Shown here one piece after another: positions 36,103 to 48,300 of a stretch of 64,000 nucleotides of DNA (its first letter is position 1; each line of letters begins with the position of its first letter). The stretch is from Atractiella rhizophila (taxonomy: Eukaryota): assembly GCA_021432655.1 (NCBI GenBank), contig MU271231.1, positions 62,001 to 126,000 on the forward strand. Reading direction: 5' to 3'. Both the position numbers and the translations under genes were made by a program. The notes under the pieces were generated by a model. The model worked only from the letters and a program-made list of their open reading frames with translations, was not told the origin of the DNA and searched no databases.

Positions 36103-36236
36103 CAGTGGTATGACACTCTCTTCAAGATGTGACATGAACACTTACCTCTTTGTTCAGACCGCGTCCCAACTGGGTCCAGCGTCACGGATGCTCGTGGAGA
36201 GCTGCCAAAAACAAGAAATGACATAGAGAATAGTAT
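36103..36236 (+). repeat. Dispersed ~130-bp repeat, copy 1
   Basis: Near-identical to 39812-39936 (CAGTGGTATGA.ACTCTCTTCAAGATGTGACATGAACAC...AGAGAATAGTAT). Confidence 0.85.
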
Positions 36237-38279
36237 AAACTGCAAGCTCGCGGTGTTCCGTCGACTTTAAGAAAATTGACGATCAAGCATTTGACTACAT
36301 GCAGCACATGTTGCAGAGTTTTGGTGTTGATGAGCTTTTCCCTAATGTCGAGCAATCAAGATTCTTGCGGTTCAATAACTTTGTCCGCTATGTTATTTGT
36401 TTCGCGTTCACTTGGCTATGTGGCATTAAAGCCTATGCTTTCTGATGTCCTCTGGAGAGATTTTACAACGATCCTCAATTCCTTGTTGCTCTCTTCGACC
36501 AATTCTTTTTCATCTATCAGAGACAGAACTTTATCGCATACCGCAATAATCCTGAAGGCTTTTTGGAACGCCTTGGACGTGCAGCTGTCCTTAAAGGGAG
36601 GCAGAGGGTATGTTGTAAATCCTTTATGCTCTTTCTCACGGTGTTTGCGTCTAGACTGCTGCAAGGAGAATCAAGTACCTTGACAGCCTTTCGAGCAGCA
36701 ACATCGCCAGGAACAAACGGGAAGGCATCACTCGAGTCATTGGTATGACGGATGCAACCTCAGATGACGAAAAGCAGCTTGACAGTCGGCTTGTTCAAAA
36801 GCTTCTACGTTGGCGAGGTGATCCATTTGAAAGATTCGTGCGACTTGTGTCACAAAAGGGGATTGAAATGGAGCAGCAGCTTGGGGCAAAAACTCGTGAC
36901 ACTCCTCGTCATGATCCCACTGATTCGACTCCGTGGCTTTACTCTGACTTACGAAAGCTTCCTTGATGCGTCCCTGTTTACATTTTTGATCCTCAGTACT
37001 ACAATGCCTTGTAGCTCCCCACGCGCAGGAAACTCAAATGTTACTTGGATGATACTTTTCATTTCGCGACTTGTGACTTTATGGACCGGGAGGAATTCAA
37101 CCATTTCATGCGGTGAACCTAAAGATTACGTCGGGAGATTTGAACAAGCGGTACCAGGTACCTGATGACAATGAGGACGAAACTCTCAGTTGGGACTCAG
37201 AGGTCGATGAGGAGGAGGACGACGACATGGATGTTGATGATCATTTTGACACCTGGAGTGGGGACTCCAAAGAGGAGGAAGAAGAGGCGGATGACTGGAG
37301 GGAAAGGAGGAATCTCTTTGTATGAGAATTCCACCCTGTGATGGAGAGGAGTCAAGGTGAAGAAATGGATGTGACATCTGGAGATGAATGAACATCACAT
37401 AGGTAGCTAATCCAAACATTTCGACATTGAACGTGGGACCGCTTGCCACAAGCTTAAGCCATAACTTGAAGGTTGTGACACGGCAACAGGATGGGTTCTC
37501 AGCTCTGACTTCTTCAGTCCTCACACGAGGATGAGCAGTAAGCAGTACCTTGCCAAAGAAGTTGTCAGGAGGAGAAATAGTCAGATGCAGGGAAGACATA
37601 CAAAGCTCACTGGACAATTGCCAATAGAGCCGATAGGAGAGGCGAGGCAGTGGAGGCAAAAGAGCAATTGATGAGCAGTGAATATGGGAAGGAGAGTCGG
37701 TGTCTTTATCACTCCTGACTAGTGGTAGAGTCTTGCTTGAATCTTGGAGCGGAGCATATCCCAAAAGTGCCCAGGCCTAGGTTCAGTCAAGTTGACATCA
37801 ACAAACACCATAACACCCATTGCCGGACGGAAAAGGGAGGAGGGAAGAGGGACGTACTGTCAGGACCGGAGCACTCGCAAAGTTCCATCTCCAATAATTA
37901 ACCAGGGCAGGGTAAATGTCGTTGAGAACGGCGGAGATTGATCGTGGTATTCTGCGGGATATCGGGGTGCTTGCTTTAGTTTGAGCACAAGCTGCGGTGT
38001 GGGAAACCTGAAGAAAGGTGAAGGGGTTAGCCTGACTTTCTTGTGAGACACATCTGTGGCCAAAGCAGCGGCAACAGACCTAGTATGTTAACATCCGTGC
38101 TCAAGAATACTTCAGGCTAACCTGAGTCTTTTGTCTTATCAATTTATAACCACAAGATGGAATCGAGATGGAGGATGTGGTTTTCGGTTCCGTCAACTCG
38201 GGGACAGCTACGGCCGGCGTTCGGGGACACCCTGTTTCCGAACGGAACTCAACGCTTCACCCCCAGGTCACTCAACCAG

Positions 38280-38876
38280 CAGATGGGCTTCAGAGGTATT
38301 TCAACTACAACGGTCCACCAAGCACAGAAGGTGCTGACCCATTAGTGGAGGGAGCATGAGTTCATTGCGTTAGTAGACTAACCATCTTGCTGGCATGGTG
38401 TGAGACGATCTCACCATACCTGCTGTTACTGTCAAGCATCAAAAGGTACTTCTCATGGTCTCACAGGATCCTAACTGACATACAAGCCTCAATGACAGCA
38501 ACGATGCATGTGCAGAGCATGGCCTTGAAGGGTTGGATGATACAAGGTGTTTCTATTCCTGAATCACATTGGGCTGATTTGGAGGCACAGATGGGATGGA
38601 ATAATTACATTGTTTCTACCTGGTATTGTATTGAGGTGTGCTGATCTCCATTATATTCGGGGTTCTGTTATTGTTCTCCATCAATTGATGCTTTGGAAAC
38701 AAAGGCACTGTGATGATAATGTGATATAATCATTAAAAAATAATGCATTACCTTTATCTTAAAGACAAGTTTTTTTTTTTGAATGTAATGGCATTACGGT
38801 ATACTGTGCCAAAAGAGCATTATTTTGCACTAAAAAAGTGATTATTGACATTATAATGGTAATGTGCTCAGCCCTG
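38280..38876 (+). mobile_element. hAT transposon 3' remnant (dimerisation domain + right TIR)
   Basis: Frameshifted LQRYF...DPL, DxLTIPAVT, SIKRYFSWSHRILTD...MALKGWMIQGV, homologous to the C-terminus of the first hAT. AT-rich subterminal region ending TGCTCAGCCCTG (CAGGG-type TIR). Confidence 0.7.
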
Positions 38877-39506
38877 CACAAAGAGGCTGACAAATGATAA
38901 CAGAGCAGAGAAAAGGTTAGGATTAGGATTCAAGAATAAAAGTGCCATTGACCTCAACAACTTAAGCTCTTTCGATTTCTTCGCCTTCATCTTTCGACAA
39001 TTCACCAATGAAGAGTAGGCGTCTTTCTGACAATGGACGAGCCTCGTACACTATATTGCCCTCCTCCTTATCAGACTCCTTGAATTCCATCAGTTCCAAA
39101 GCAGAGTATCTTGAATCATCTCCGACTCCGTCGTTATGCTGTAATGTCGGGGCGAGGAGCTCAAATACTGGCGAGGACATATTGGTTTGTACCTATTCCA
39201 ATTTGTCGGTGATCCCCATATCCGCTGATCTTCACGAGGGAAGACCTTTTGGAGAGCCTCAAGGTTTGGCTTTCTGTTCGTCCGCCTGATCGAGATCACA
39301 TGATTGGCTTCGGACTGGCCTGCTTTCCTCTCGTTGGGATCGCTTAACGAGCGTAAAGGATGAGGAGGATGGAAGGTGCCTGCCGACCGAATTTGAGGGA
39401 TGTTGATGATAGGTGGTGTCCATCGACCAGGTGGTGTCTCGGAGAGAAGTGGTCGGGTTCTTGCTTTCCTCTCGTCGGAATCGCTTAACCGCCGTGAAGG
39501 AGGAGG

Positions 39507-39725
39507 TAAGGCTCCCATACGGGGTGCCGGTGGCCCGTACGGGAAACCCGTGCGGGGTTTGAGGTTTAAAAAGTCAACCCATCCCCTTCCCTCCCTAAGG
39601 CTCCCACACGGGCTGACAACTCGCGGGATCCCTCTGGCCCGTCCCATCCCCTTCCCCTTACGGGGTTTCCCCGTGGGGTCACGGGGACCGCCAGTACGGG
39701 GTGCGGGTACGGGGATGAGGTGAGG
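39507..39725. repeat. GC-rich cluster of CCCGT/ACGGG motifs, probable DNA-transposon subterminal repeats (MITE remnant)
   Basis: Many CCCGT and ACGGG(G) motifs in both orientations. TAAGGCTCCCA.ACGGG occurs twice (39507, 39596). Confidence 0.5.
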
Positions 39726-39811
39726 ATTTCTCAAAAAATTCTTTTGTGGATGTGGATCTCCGCATGGTTCAGTGCGTGGTTCAATCCGATGTGACGCATG
39801 GCGCGTAGGAG

Positions 39812-39936
39812 CAGTGGTATGATACTCTCTTCAAGATGTGACATGAACACTTACCTCTTTGTTTAGACCGCATACCAACTGGGTCCAGCGTCACGGATGC
39901 GTGGAGAGCTGCCAAAAATGACGTAGAGAATAGTAT
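39812..39936 (+). repeat. Dispersed ~130-bp repeat, copy 2
   Basis: Near-identical to 36103-36236. Confidence 0.85.
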
Positions 39937-42529
39937 GTTCTTTCCAAACTTGTCCCTCGTTTCTAATGTTGCACTTGCACATCACATTGGTGCATTTACT
40001 GATAAACAATTACCCATAGACACCAATCTCAACATCACCCGACCAGCTCATACTCCGTTTCGCGCAAACAACTCCAGCGTCGCTGATTCTACTACTTCAA
40101 AAATCACAGAGGAACTCAGCATTCAAGTTGGCGCAGGCATATCAGTCAACGTCCGCCGTATGTTCTTTCTGTTCCTGACGTGTTGATTTCTTAACAACCG
40201 ATGCTTCAACTGCTCCTTCAGACAGCCCATTGTTGTCTCATTTAGATGCTCTTCCGGTTGCCGAAACCACCAACGTCTACGTTGTCCAGCCTGACTGCTT
40301 CGCGGCTGACAGCCCTCGTACTAGCCCAGGTGCTGTACCAGTACGCCAACTCGAAACAACAGAGCGTAACGACACAGCAGTGAGTTACCCAGAGCCGATG
40401 TGCGAGAAAGCAACGCGGTGGATAGCGTGGACTTGCCAGGTCTGTACTCCACGGTTATTTCCTATGATTCTCGCTAAGTGTAGGTGCCAGCGACAAACGT
40501 GAAGCCGTACGCTGAAAGGACAGCTTTACCACCTCGCACGTTTACACCTGTTGCGGTAAGCTATTGCTGCTTCCTCAATGTACGCAAAGCTTGTCTGAAA
40601 AGTGGCAGGCACCGCTCCATATTGGACACTTGCCAGCGACAAAAGGAGCTACGACTAAGCGTATCCTGGGCGGAAGGTGTGTCAACAGCCTGCTGGCAAT
40701 TCTGTGTAACTGAAACATGCATTTCACATATAGGGAGATGTACAAGCGGTTTCGGATGGAGCAATGTGAGCAAGAGCGTACTGCAGGCAAATTGGTAGCA
40801 GAACCAGATTTCAAGAAGGAGTATACACAGCTTTCACAAGCTGAAAAAGCGGTCTGTATCTCGTTCAATACAGCAAGTTTGTGCTTTGCTAAACTCAATG
40901 GGGCAGGACTGGAACCGGCGATGGAAGGAACAATCGGCATCGACTCAGACAGCAGCAGCAAAGCCATCGGGCTCATCGACAACATTGTGAGGTTGAAGTT
41001 CAGAAGGGTGCAGGAGGGTGCAGGAGGAGGAGAAGGAGTAGGTGCAGGTGCGAGGGGCAACGGGATCGGCAGATGTTAACACGCTGCAAATTTGGGAAAA
41101 TAATGGAAATTCCTGTTTTGCACCAATCATCAGTCTCTCGCGTGTCTGAAAAACTGCAAAAAAATCCGTAACCTGACCCAAATTTTGCGAGTTTTCCATC
41201 ACACCGACAAAGTGGGGAAAATGCTGGTAAATCTTGTCAAAAGCCGGAAAGCATTTTTGACAGGGGACTGTCTCTCAATGCATCTCGCTTTCATGACAGT
41301 TTAGCGAGGGAGGAGGATAGACATGTTGGGATTGTGAATACAAAGCTGAAGCCAGAGGACGGGGTGTGAATATGTGCTACATGTTGGAGCTGCAGGAAGT
41401 GGGAGCGGAGAAGGTGGGCGTGGGATTATCATTGTTGATATTGTCAGTGAGGAGGAGCAGTCTGCTTACGTGTGCGGACATCTTGAGTGCGTTTCTCTTT
41501 CGTTTGACTCTGGTGAACACTGATGGAGAAAAAGATACACGAGATTCTTAAGAACTTCATAAGGGTACGAGGTTGGAACACCGGGAACATCCAGAAGAGT
41601 TCACCATCACTGCCACGGCATTGCTGCATCGATGGGCCAGCCCACCAAGACCATTCGGACATCAGATCAAGGTGAGCAACTTCCGTTCTGTCCTAGCCTC
41701 TGCTAAAGACGACAGATGGTGCGATCTCACCTCTCCCCAGAACCAGCAAGAAGCATACTTCTGCTGCTTCAACACTTGCAACAATAGCAACATCCTCTCG
41801 CGCCGTTTCTCCTCCTCCGCCTCTCCGCCTCCAAACCCTTTGGTCACTCCAGCTGCAACCCCAATGAGCATCGACTCTCCATAGCCGATGCTTCTACCTG
41901 CACCATCTCCTGTGCCTTTATCTGCGCCAGCGAGCCAGATCTCACCGCTCCAGTCCAACTGGTCCAGCTGGTTCTACCTCTTCAACACCTCAGTACCACA
42001 CGCACAGGAGAGAACAAATACGGCGGTGAAGAAACACCTACACCTACACTTACTCCTCGTCGCAGCCGCTTGCCCTTACCACAGCCCAAATCAACAAGTA
42101 CAGCTCCAGAAACCATGGACATCGTTCGGCGAAAGAATGAAGGTGGGTTTGGTTTCAGATGTTAAGATAGAGGATGGACCAGCGCCGAAGAGTAAGGAGG
42201 AAGCGAAGGATATGACTGTTAGGAAGTATGGGACTGTGAAGGAAGATGGGGTCAGTTTGTCCCGAAAAATCTGGACAGCGTCTCTCCCTCCTCCTTCTGG
42301 CTTCTGGCCTTGCTGTTCTTGACTGCGATTGTCGAGAGATAATTTATTCGACATATGCATTAACACATCAATATCACGCTGAACTACACCACGCCAGAGA
42401 AGGAGGTGACTGCTGAGACGCGGATGGAGGCTAAGCTGGATGAGAGACCTTGGTCCCTCCCAAACGTGCGTCCCACTCGAGCCACACTTTGTCTTATTTT
42501 TGCTCACGGCGTGTTTTTGTTTGTGTTTT

Positions 42530-42860
42530 AGCGGAGGAAGGAGAGCAGAGGATAACGTATTCGAGGAGGCTCGTGGAGGTCAGGAAGGAGAAGTTCAAGG
42601 TTGCAGACAGGGGATTGCAGGGTTACCACCTCCCCGTAGACTGCAGGAGGTGCATTTGTCCTTGCTTTGAATCCTACACTTTGCAGATCGGTATACTGAT
42701 GGACGGACGAGAACAGGTACGCTTCAGACGGTCTACCTTGTCAAGGACGGTGGAACGTACGTCCAAGTCGGCATGGGCATCGAGTTCGTCCAGGTGGTGC
42801 CGGTCACTGACATCCTCACGAAGGAGGTGATCATCAACGGTTCTTTCCGCTCCAACCTCC
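42530..42860 (+). pseudogene. Fragment of a medium-chain (sorbitol/xylitol-type) dehydrogenase
   Basis: VYLVKDGGTYVQVGMG...VPVTDILTKEVIINGSFR, preceded by EKFKVADRGLQG. The rest of the gene is absent. Confidence 0.6.
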
Positions 42861-43523
42861 CTCCTACTGCTTGCGCCATAACCTTGTTCTGACGCTTCGT
42901 AGTTATTGGTTTGCTCAATGAATACAGACTGGGTGTTATGAGCAAGCAATTGTTTTATTCCCTGGAGGCCTCATTGACTCATGAGTCGCTCATCACACAC
43001 ATCGCTTTAACTTCAAAAACGCAAACCGCGCTGTTAGGACCGCTCAGGTTCGTCTCTCCCTTCTGCTGTGATGTTCTGACGTTGACATTGGGTGATGTGC
43101 GTTTTCAGGGGCGAAGGCAGAGGGTGAAGAGGGCGCGCAATCACGACCCTGCTTGATGGATACGAGGTTGAGTTAACCTCAAAAAATGGAACTCTTGGGA
43201 CAAAGAGTAAGTAAATAAATGGACAACAAGATGGGGATTTGTACTTTGATAAGGGACTGAAGGAATTCCATTGTTGGCATTATTTTACCACACCTTCGAC
43301 CTCCGACGGCAGGTCCTTCAGTTCCCCCAATTAGTCCATCATCAGAACGCAAGAGTCATCGTCAACGGTGAGAACAGCTTAAGCAAGACCCCACATTGTG
43401 ACACTCTCGAGGCGGAATTTGATATCTTACCTTTTACAGGGAATCACTGGAATTGTTTACATGAAAGCAGACATCTTCTCATGTCTTCCCTAGACCGTGA
43501 ATCAAATCTGAGTATCTCGAGCA

Positions 43524-45380
43524 TCACTCCTCCCCACCTTCTCGAACCCATGTGACTTTGTTGAATTGGTCGTCCTCGTCTACAAACTCACTCAACGTGC
43601 TCCTAGCCTTGTATATCTCGTCCTCCAGCCACCCTCCAAAAAATAGCTGAACCCTCAAATAGCGCTTACTCATGGTTTTCACCATTTCAGCCCCATCCAC
43701 CGTATCCCCCTCCTCCTTCACCCCCCTGTCCCCAAAAAACCAGCAGATGAAGTCTGAGAATACGAACCCTGTGAATTCCCAGTCCACCACACAGTACCAA
43801 ACATCTAGGGTTGTTATCGCTATTGCATTTGTGAGGGTGTGGAAGAACTGGGGGGACACGAGGTTTGAAGTTTCCTCACCACCGTCGAGGTAGAGTTGGG
43901 TGAGATGTTTGAGGTGTGATAAACCGAGCGGACAGGGTAGGATGGAGATCTTTCCCTCAGGCAAGTAGGGGGCGAGGGTGATAATGAGCCGTTCTAGAAG
44001 AGGGGGCAGACAGGAGCCTGAGACCGAGGGGGGCAGCGGACACAGTTTGGAGAGACCCAAGTATGTGAGGGTGAGTGGCAAGGCCAGCGATGGGAGAGGC
44101 GGGTACTTGTGAAGCGTTAGGCGTTTGAGGTCAGACGATAATTCAAGGCCTGGTGATGTTGACGAGGCGCAGTCCTCCACGTCGAAAGCACAAAAGAATC
44201 TGATCCTGTCACCCATTCTCCGTGTAAAATTCTCGACCTCATCCTTCTTCCACTTCCTCGAACCTTCTCCTCCAAACCATACTGTATCTAACTTCCTCAA
44301 GCGTTCAATCACATGCAACACAATCCTCGCCTCCTCTTCATTCCAAAGTGCATCCATGTACACGTCCGTAACATGCAGCGCGCCGGCGATGACGTCTTTC
44401 GCCATCTCACCGCTGATGTCATCGTCCTCACTCACAAACGAGAGATATGTCCACAAACGCCCGGCATTAGGGTAAGCTGTCAAACAAGCATGCTTCTCCT
44501 TCACAGAAACATTTTCATGCAGATAAGGGACTGAAACAACCTTCCAAAGCTGACAGATGGCAGAAAGTCGCTCAAAGGAAACGAGATATCCAATATCTTC
44601 TACGACCCTGTCAGATTGATCGAATGAAAGAAACTCGAAGATGAGTGAGAGGATCTCAGGAGGAAGGTGTGCGATACTGCATAAACTAATACCTGTATGT
44701 CGAGTTGTGGAGAAGGAGAGTTGGATGGTTGTCGCCAGACCGGTTGATGGGATGGTTGATTCCTCCCATTTGCTGAGAGGAATGAAACGCTGTTGCTCCT
44801 TGGAGTACAGGGCAACGGGTTCAAAGAGGACCTGAGAGCGGTTATCTGGAAGATGAAAAGTGCATGTGAAGGGCTTCCAAGACAGGTCCTCCATTTCCAC
44901 GGATGCATGATGTTTGGTATCCCCAAAAGTTACCGTAATACTTCCCCGCTCCAACACGATGTAAAGGTTCATTGCGTCGTCGCAATCGACTGCATTTTCG
45001 AGACCTTCCACAGAGAAGTAGGATGATTTCGATGGCCCATAACGCTCCCTCCAGAATTCAAGAGGCAAGACAAACGTGACCCGGATCATGTGAATTGATG
45101 GAGGTAGGCGAGAAAGGAAAGAGGGAAGAATGGAGAGGTGGATCGGACTGCCATGTCGTATTGTTACTGGGGTGATGAGATGCGCCAGTGCGATTGACTC
45201 TGTCCCCTGATCATCCTTGCATGAAATCGATGTTTTTCTTTTTTTCATTCTGGGAGAAAACACGCTAGACTAGAGCACACGAACGCACATTAAACGAGAC
45301 AATGCAGAGAGATGAAATCATGCCTGCAGCGCATCATTGCATTGAACCACCTCGACGTTCTCCGCGCATTGATCAGTCAT
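43524..45380 (-). CDS. F-box / LRR-like protein with uncharacterised N-terminal domain (about 600 aa)
   Basis: Intact 579-codon ORF with IAHLPPEILSLIFEFL...FERLSAICQLWKVVSVPYL followed by LxxLxL repeats. Predicted exon 1 at 45324-45380 (MTDQCAENVEVVQCNDALQ), joined in frame by a GC-AG intron (45270-45323) conserved in the paralog. Confidence 0.85.
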
Positions 45381-48300
45381 CACGCGAGGATGGAGATCGC
45401 AAAACCGTTCGTGGGGAGTCGATGGATTAGGCGACCGTTGCAATTAGGACATCAAGAGGGTGTTGTGTGGAAGTGGGCGTCCGGACGTTAAAGGCTTTAT
45501 ATTTAGTTCTCTAACTGGCGTCCAAAACATGTAAATGAACTGAAATCCTGTGCAATGCTAGTACCTAAATTACGCTGCAAATCAAACGAGAGCTAGTGTA
45601 TGCTTCGTTCTGTAATGATCTGATTGTGAGAGGAAAGGCTAGATGTGGCTGGGACATTTAGGGAGGGCAGTTAGCAATCAGGATGACAGAGGAGGCAGAG
45701 GAGGCCACTTGCGAGAAGATATATGACACTTGAGTCAGCAGCGGGAGACAAGAGGGATGGAGGGCAGAGGCTTAGGAGCACGAGACGGCCCGACCTTGAT
45801 GTTCACTTGTAACCCTGATCCAACACTGTTCCCATTGTCCTCTCCTCTCTCCATGAGACATTCATTGTTGACCTCCACGTACGAAGCAAGCGTCGGTCGA
45901 AGGTGATCCATGGAGTGCGAGCCGGAGTGCGACAGAAGTTGGAGAATGGGATGGGATAGAGAATAGGGTGGGGGCGGCAGGGAACACAGAGGCATGGAAC
46001 AGCGACGACTGGGAGCAGAGGTGCGGAAGAAAGTGTGAGGCGTCCCTCTGACATCTTGATTATCGACCTCCCTCTTCGCTATCCGACTTCCAACCTTCAG
46101 GTCATGTTGGACTTCCGAGTTTTCACGGATTCGGTGGAGGGGTGAGAGACGGTGGAGTGTGAGAGGAGGTGGAGTAAGTGTAGCAGAAAATGGGCCGCGG
46201 AGCAAGGGACCTAGTGGGCGTGTCAGTTAGGATATTTGTAGCAGGGGGAAAGGAAGGGAGAAACGGAATACATTGCCACCAGAACGGAATGCCCCAACGA
46301 GGCCAGAACGTGAGAAAAGGTGCAGGGGTTGGGGGAATGCGGAATGAAGGATGAGCCTTGGCGGAGAGGGATGCGAGGTGGAGCGAGAGGGTAAGTGAGA
46401 CAAAAGGAAAAGGCGGGGTGGAAAAGGAGCGGGAGAGACGCGGGACGGCCATTCTCGTGTTCTTCTGTGATCACCAACCGAACTTGTTCTCTCTGTCCAA
46501 ATTTTCGTCATTTGATATGCCCCGTCGCTCTCTGGGTTGATTTAGATTACCAATATGCGAGAGACGATAGAAGAGCGATGGTGGAGTGGGAATGCGTTGC
46601 CTATGCAATGTGGACAGCGAGGGAATAGGCCCGTTGGCGAAAGACGGGGTACGACTGGGGGATGGGCGAATGGGTGGGCCGCGACGCCTTTCTGTCCTCT
46701 TTTTTCACCCCATCTGCGCCGCAATCCAGTTCTTTGGCCATCACAAGTCACCGCTACGCTTCGTGGTTGATTTCGGATGTCTAGGACGAAACAAAGTTGG
46801 CCACAGGTGAGGGACGGCGGAAACAGGTTTGAGTGATGTTGGAGAGGTGAAACGAGAGGTGGCGGTTTAGAGAAAGCATTCCATGCCTCTCCCATGTCCA
46901 TCGCAATGCCCGACCCGCTGTGTCACCTCCGTCCTCTGCTTTCGCGATCCGACTTTCAACTTGGCCTTGGCGTTCATTTCGGAGGGCATAGAGCTTACTG
47001 GAGGAGCTGAGGATGATGAATGGCGATGAGCACGGAGGTGAGGAGAGAGAAACGTCGTAGCGAGAGAACCAACGCGAGGGGGTTACGGGAAAGCGGGATA
47101 GGTCGGAAGCGCGTATTGAGACTGGTGCAGGGGGGCGCTCACTCGGCTCCCGCTCTCCTTTTGCGTGCCACACTTCCCTCGCACTGCTCTCTTGCTTTGT
47201 AGCCTCAGCAGCTGCGGTAAGTAGGGACGCTGGGAACGTCGAGCAGTGCTGAAGTGTGAAAGGGCCACAGGGGCAGAGTGGTGATGGGTGTACAGGGTGA
47301 GTAGGCGTGGAACCTAATTCCTATGTTAATGAGCGCGATTGCAAAAGAGGGAGAAGGGAGGGGAAGGTCACCTCTTTCTCTGGTAACCCTTTGTGCTATA
47401 GACTTTTCAGCCCTCTGTTGATCCATCCCTGGCCCCTGTTTCGCTTTTTCGCTCCTTCTTGCCCTGCACTGCCCGTCGATTACCTGCTGCTCACACTCTC
47501 TTTCGCTGGTTAGCAGCCCAGGCACTTCCTTCCTTCTCGGTCAGTGCTGTCCGTCATCGTGTCGTGTCGTGCTTTGCTCTCCCTTTCCATCTGTATCATA
47601 CTTCACCTTCCATTACTGCTCATTCTGTTCACAATGCATCTTGAGATCTTCCCCTTCCTTCCTCTCGATGATTGTCCTTGTCCATTTACCACGTGCTCAC
47701 ACCAGCGCTACCAACTAAGTCGGCCTCCACGTGTGGGAAGGGTACATGAGCAAAAGCGGGCGGTGGAGGATAGCTACGGTGAAAGAGGAATGTGGAGGAT
47801 AGCGGCGCTGAAGGATGACGGAGTAGGCTGAAACAGGAGAGGGACACCAGAGCGAAGGAGACTGTGGACGGATTAGAAGACGTGATGGAGGTGCGGCGGA
47901 GAGGAGTGGGCCGCAATTGAGTCGCGCGAGAGCTATGACAAACACGTTTTCGTGTCTTCTAATTATGAGCTGAAGCTTGCCACCTGTTGCAAATCATCGA
48001 GTATTTAGGGCGAGTAGTTAGTAATGTTGAAAACGTCACCATGTTCAAGGTGGCAGCTCTCGCTCCAAATGAGTTTGTAGAAGTCATTCGCCCCATCGTC
48101 ATTTCGATTGTCCTCTTTTGTTGTTTAGGTGGGATTGGTATCATCCAGGTCCGTCTCAAGAATAGGTCAATCCTGAACTTTACTCTTACCGAGCACGGTC
48201 AGTTTTGCAAATACTTCAAATTCATTCAATCGAACACCTCAGAGGTACCTCATTCTGCTTCGAAGCCACGAGAAGAGAAAATACTGAAGTATTTGGGTAG

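Noticed and set aside
39090..39734. 214-aa Pro/Arg/Gly-rich ORF
   Set aside because: Arises from GC-rich repeat motifs; no domain signal.
46921..47940. TGTCA...TGACA bounded ~1-kb segment as a solo LTR
   Set aside because: Flanks (CGCTG / AACAC) give no TSD, and there is no PBS, PPT or second copy in the window.
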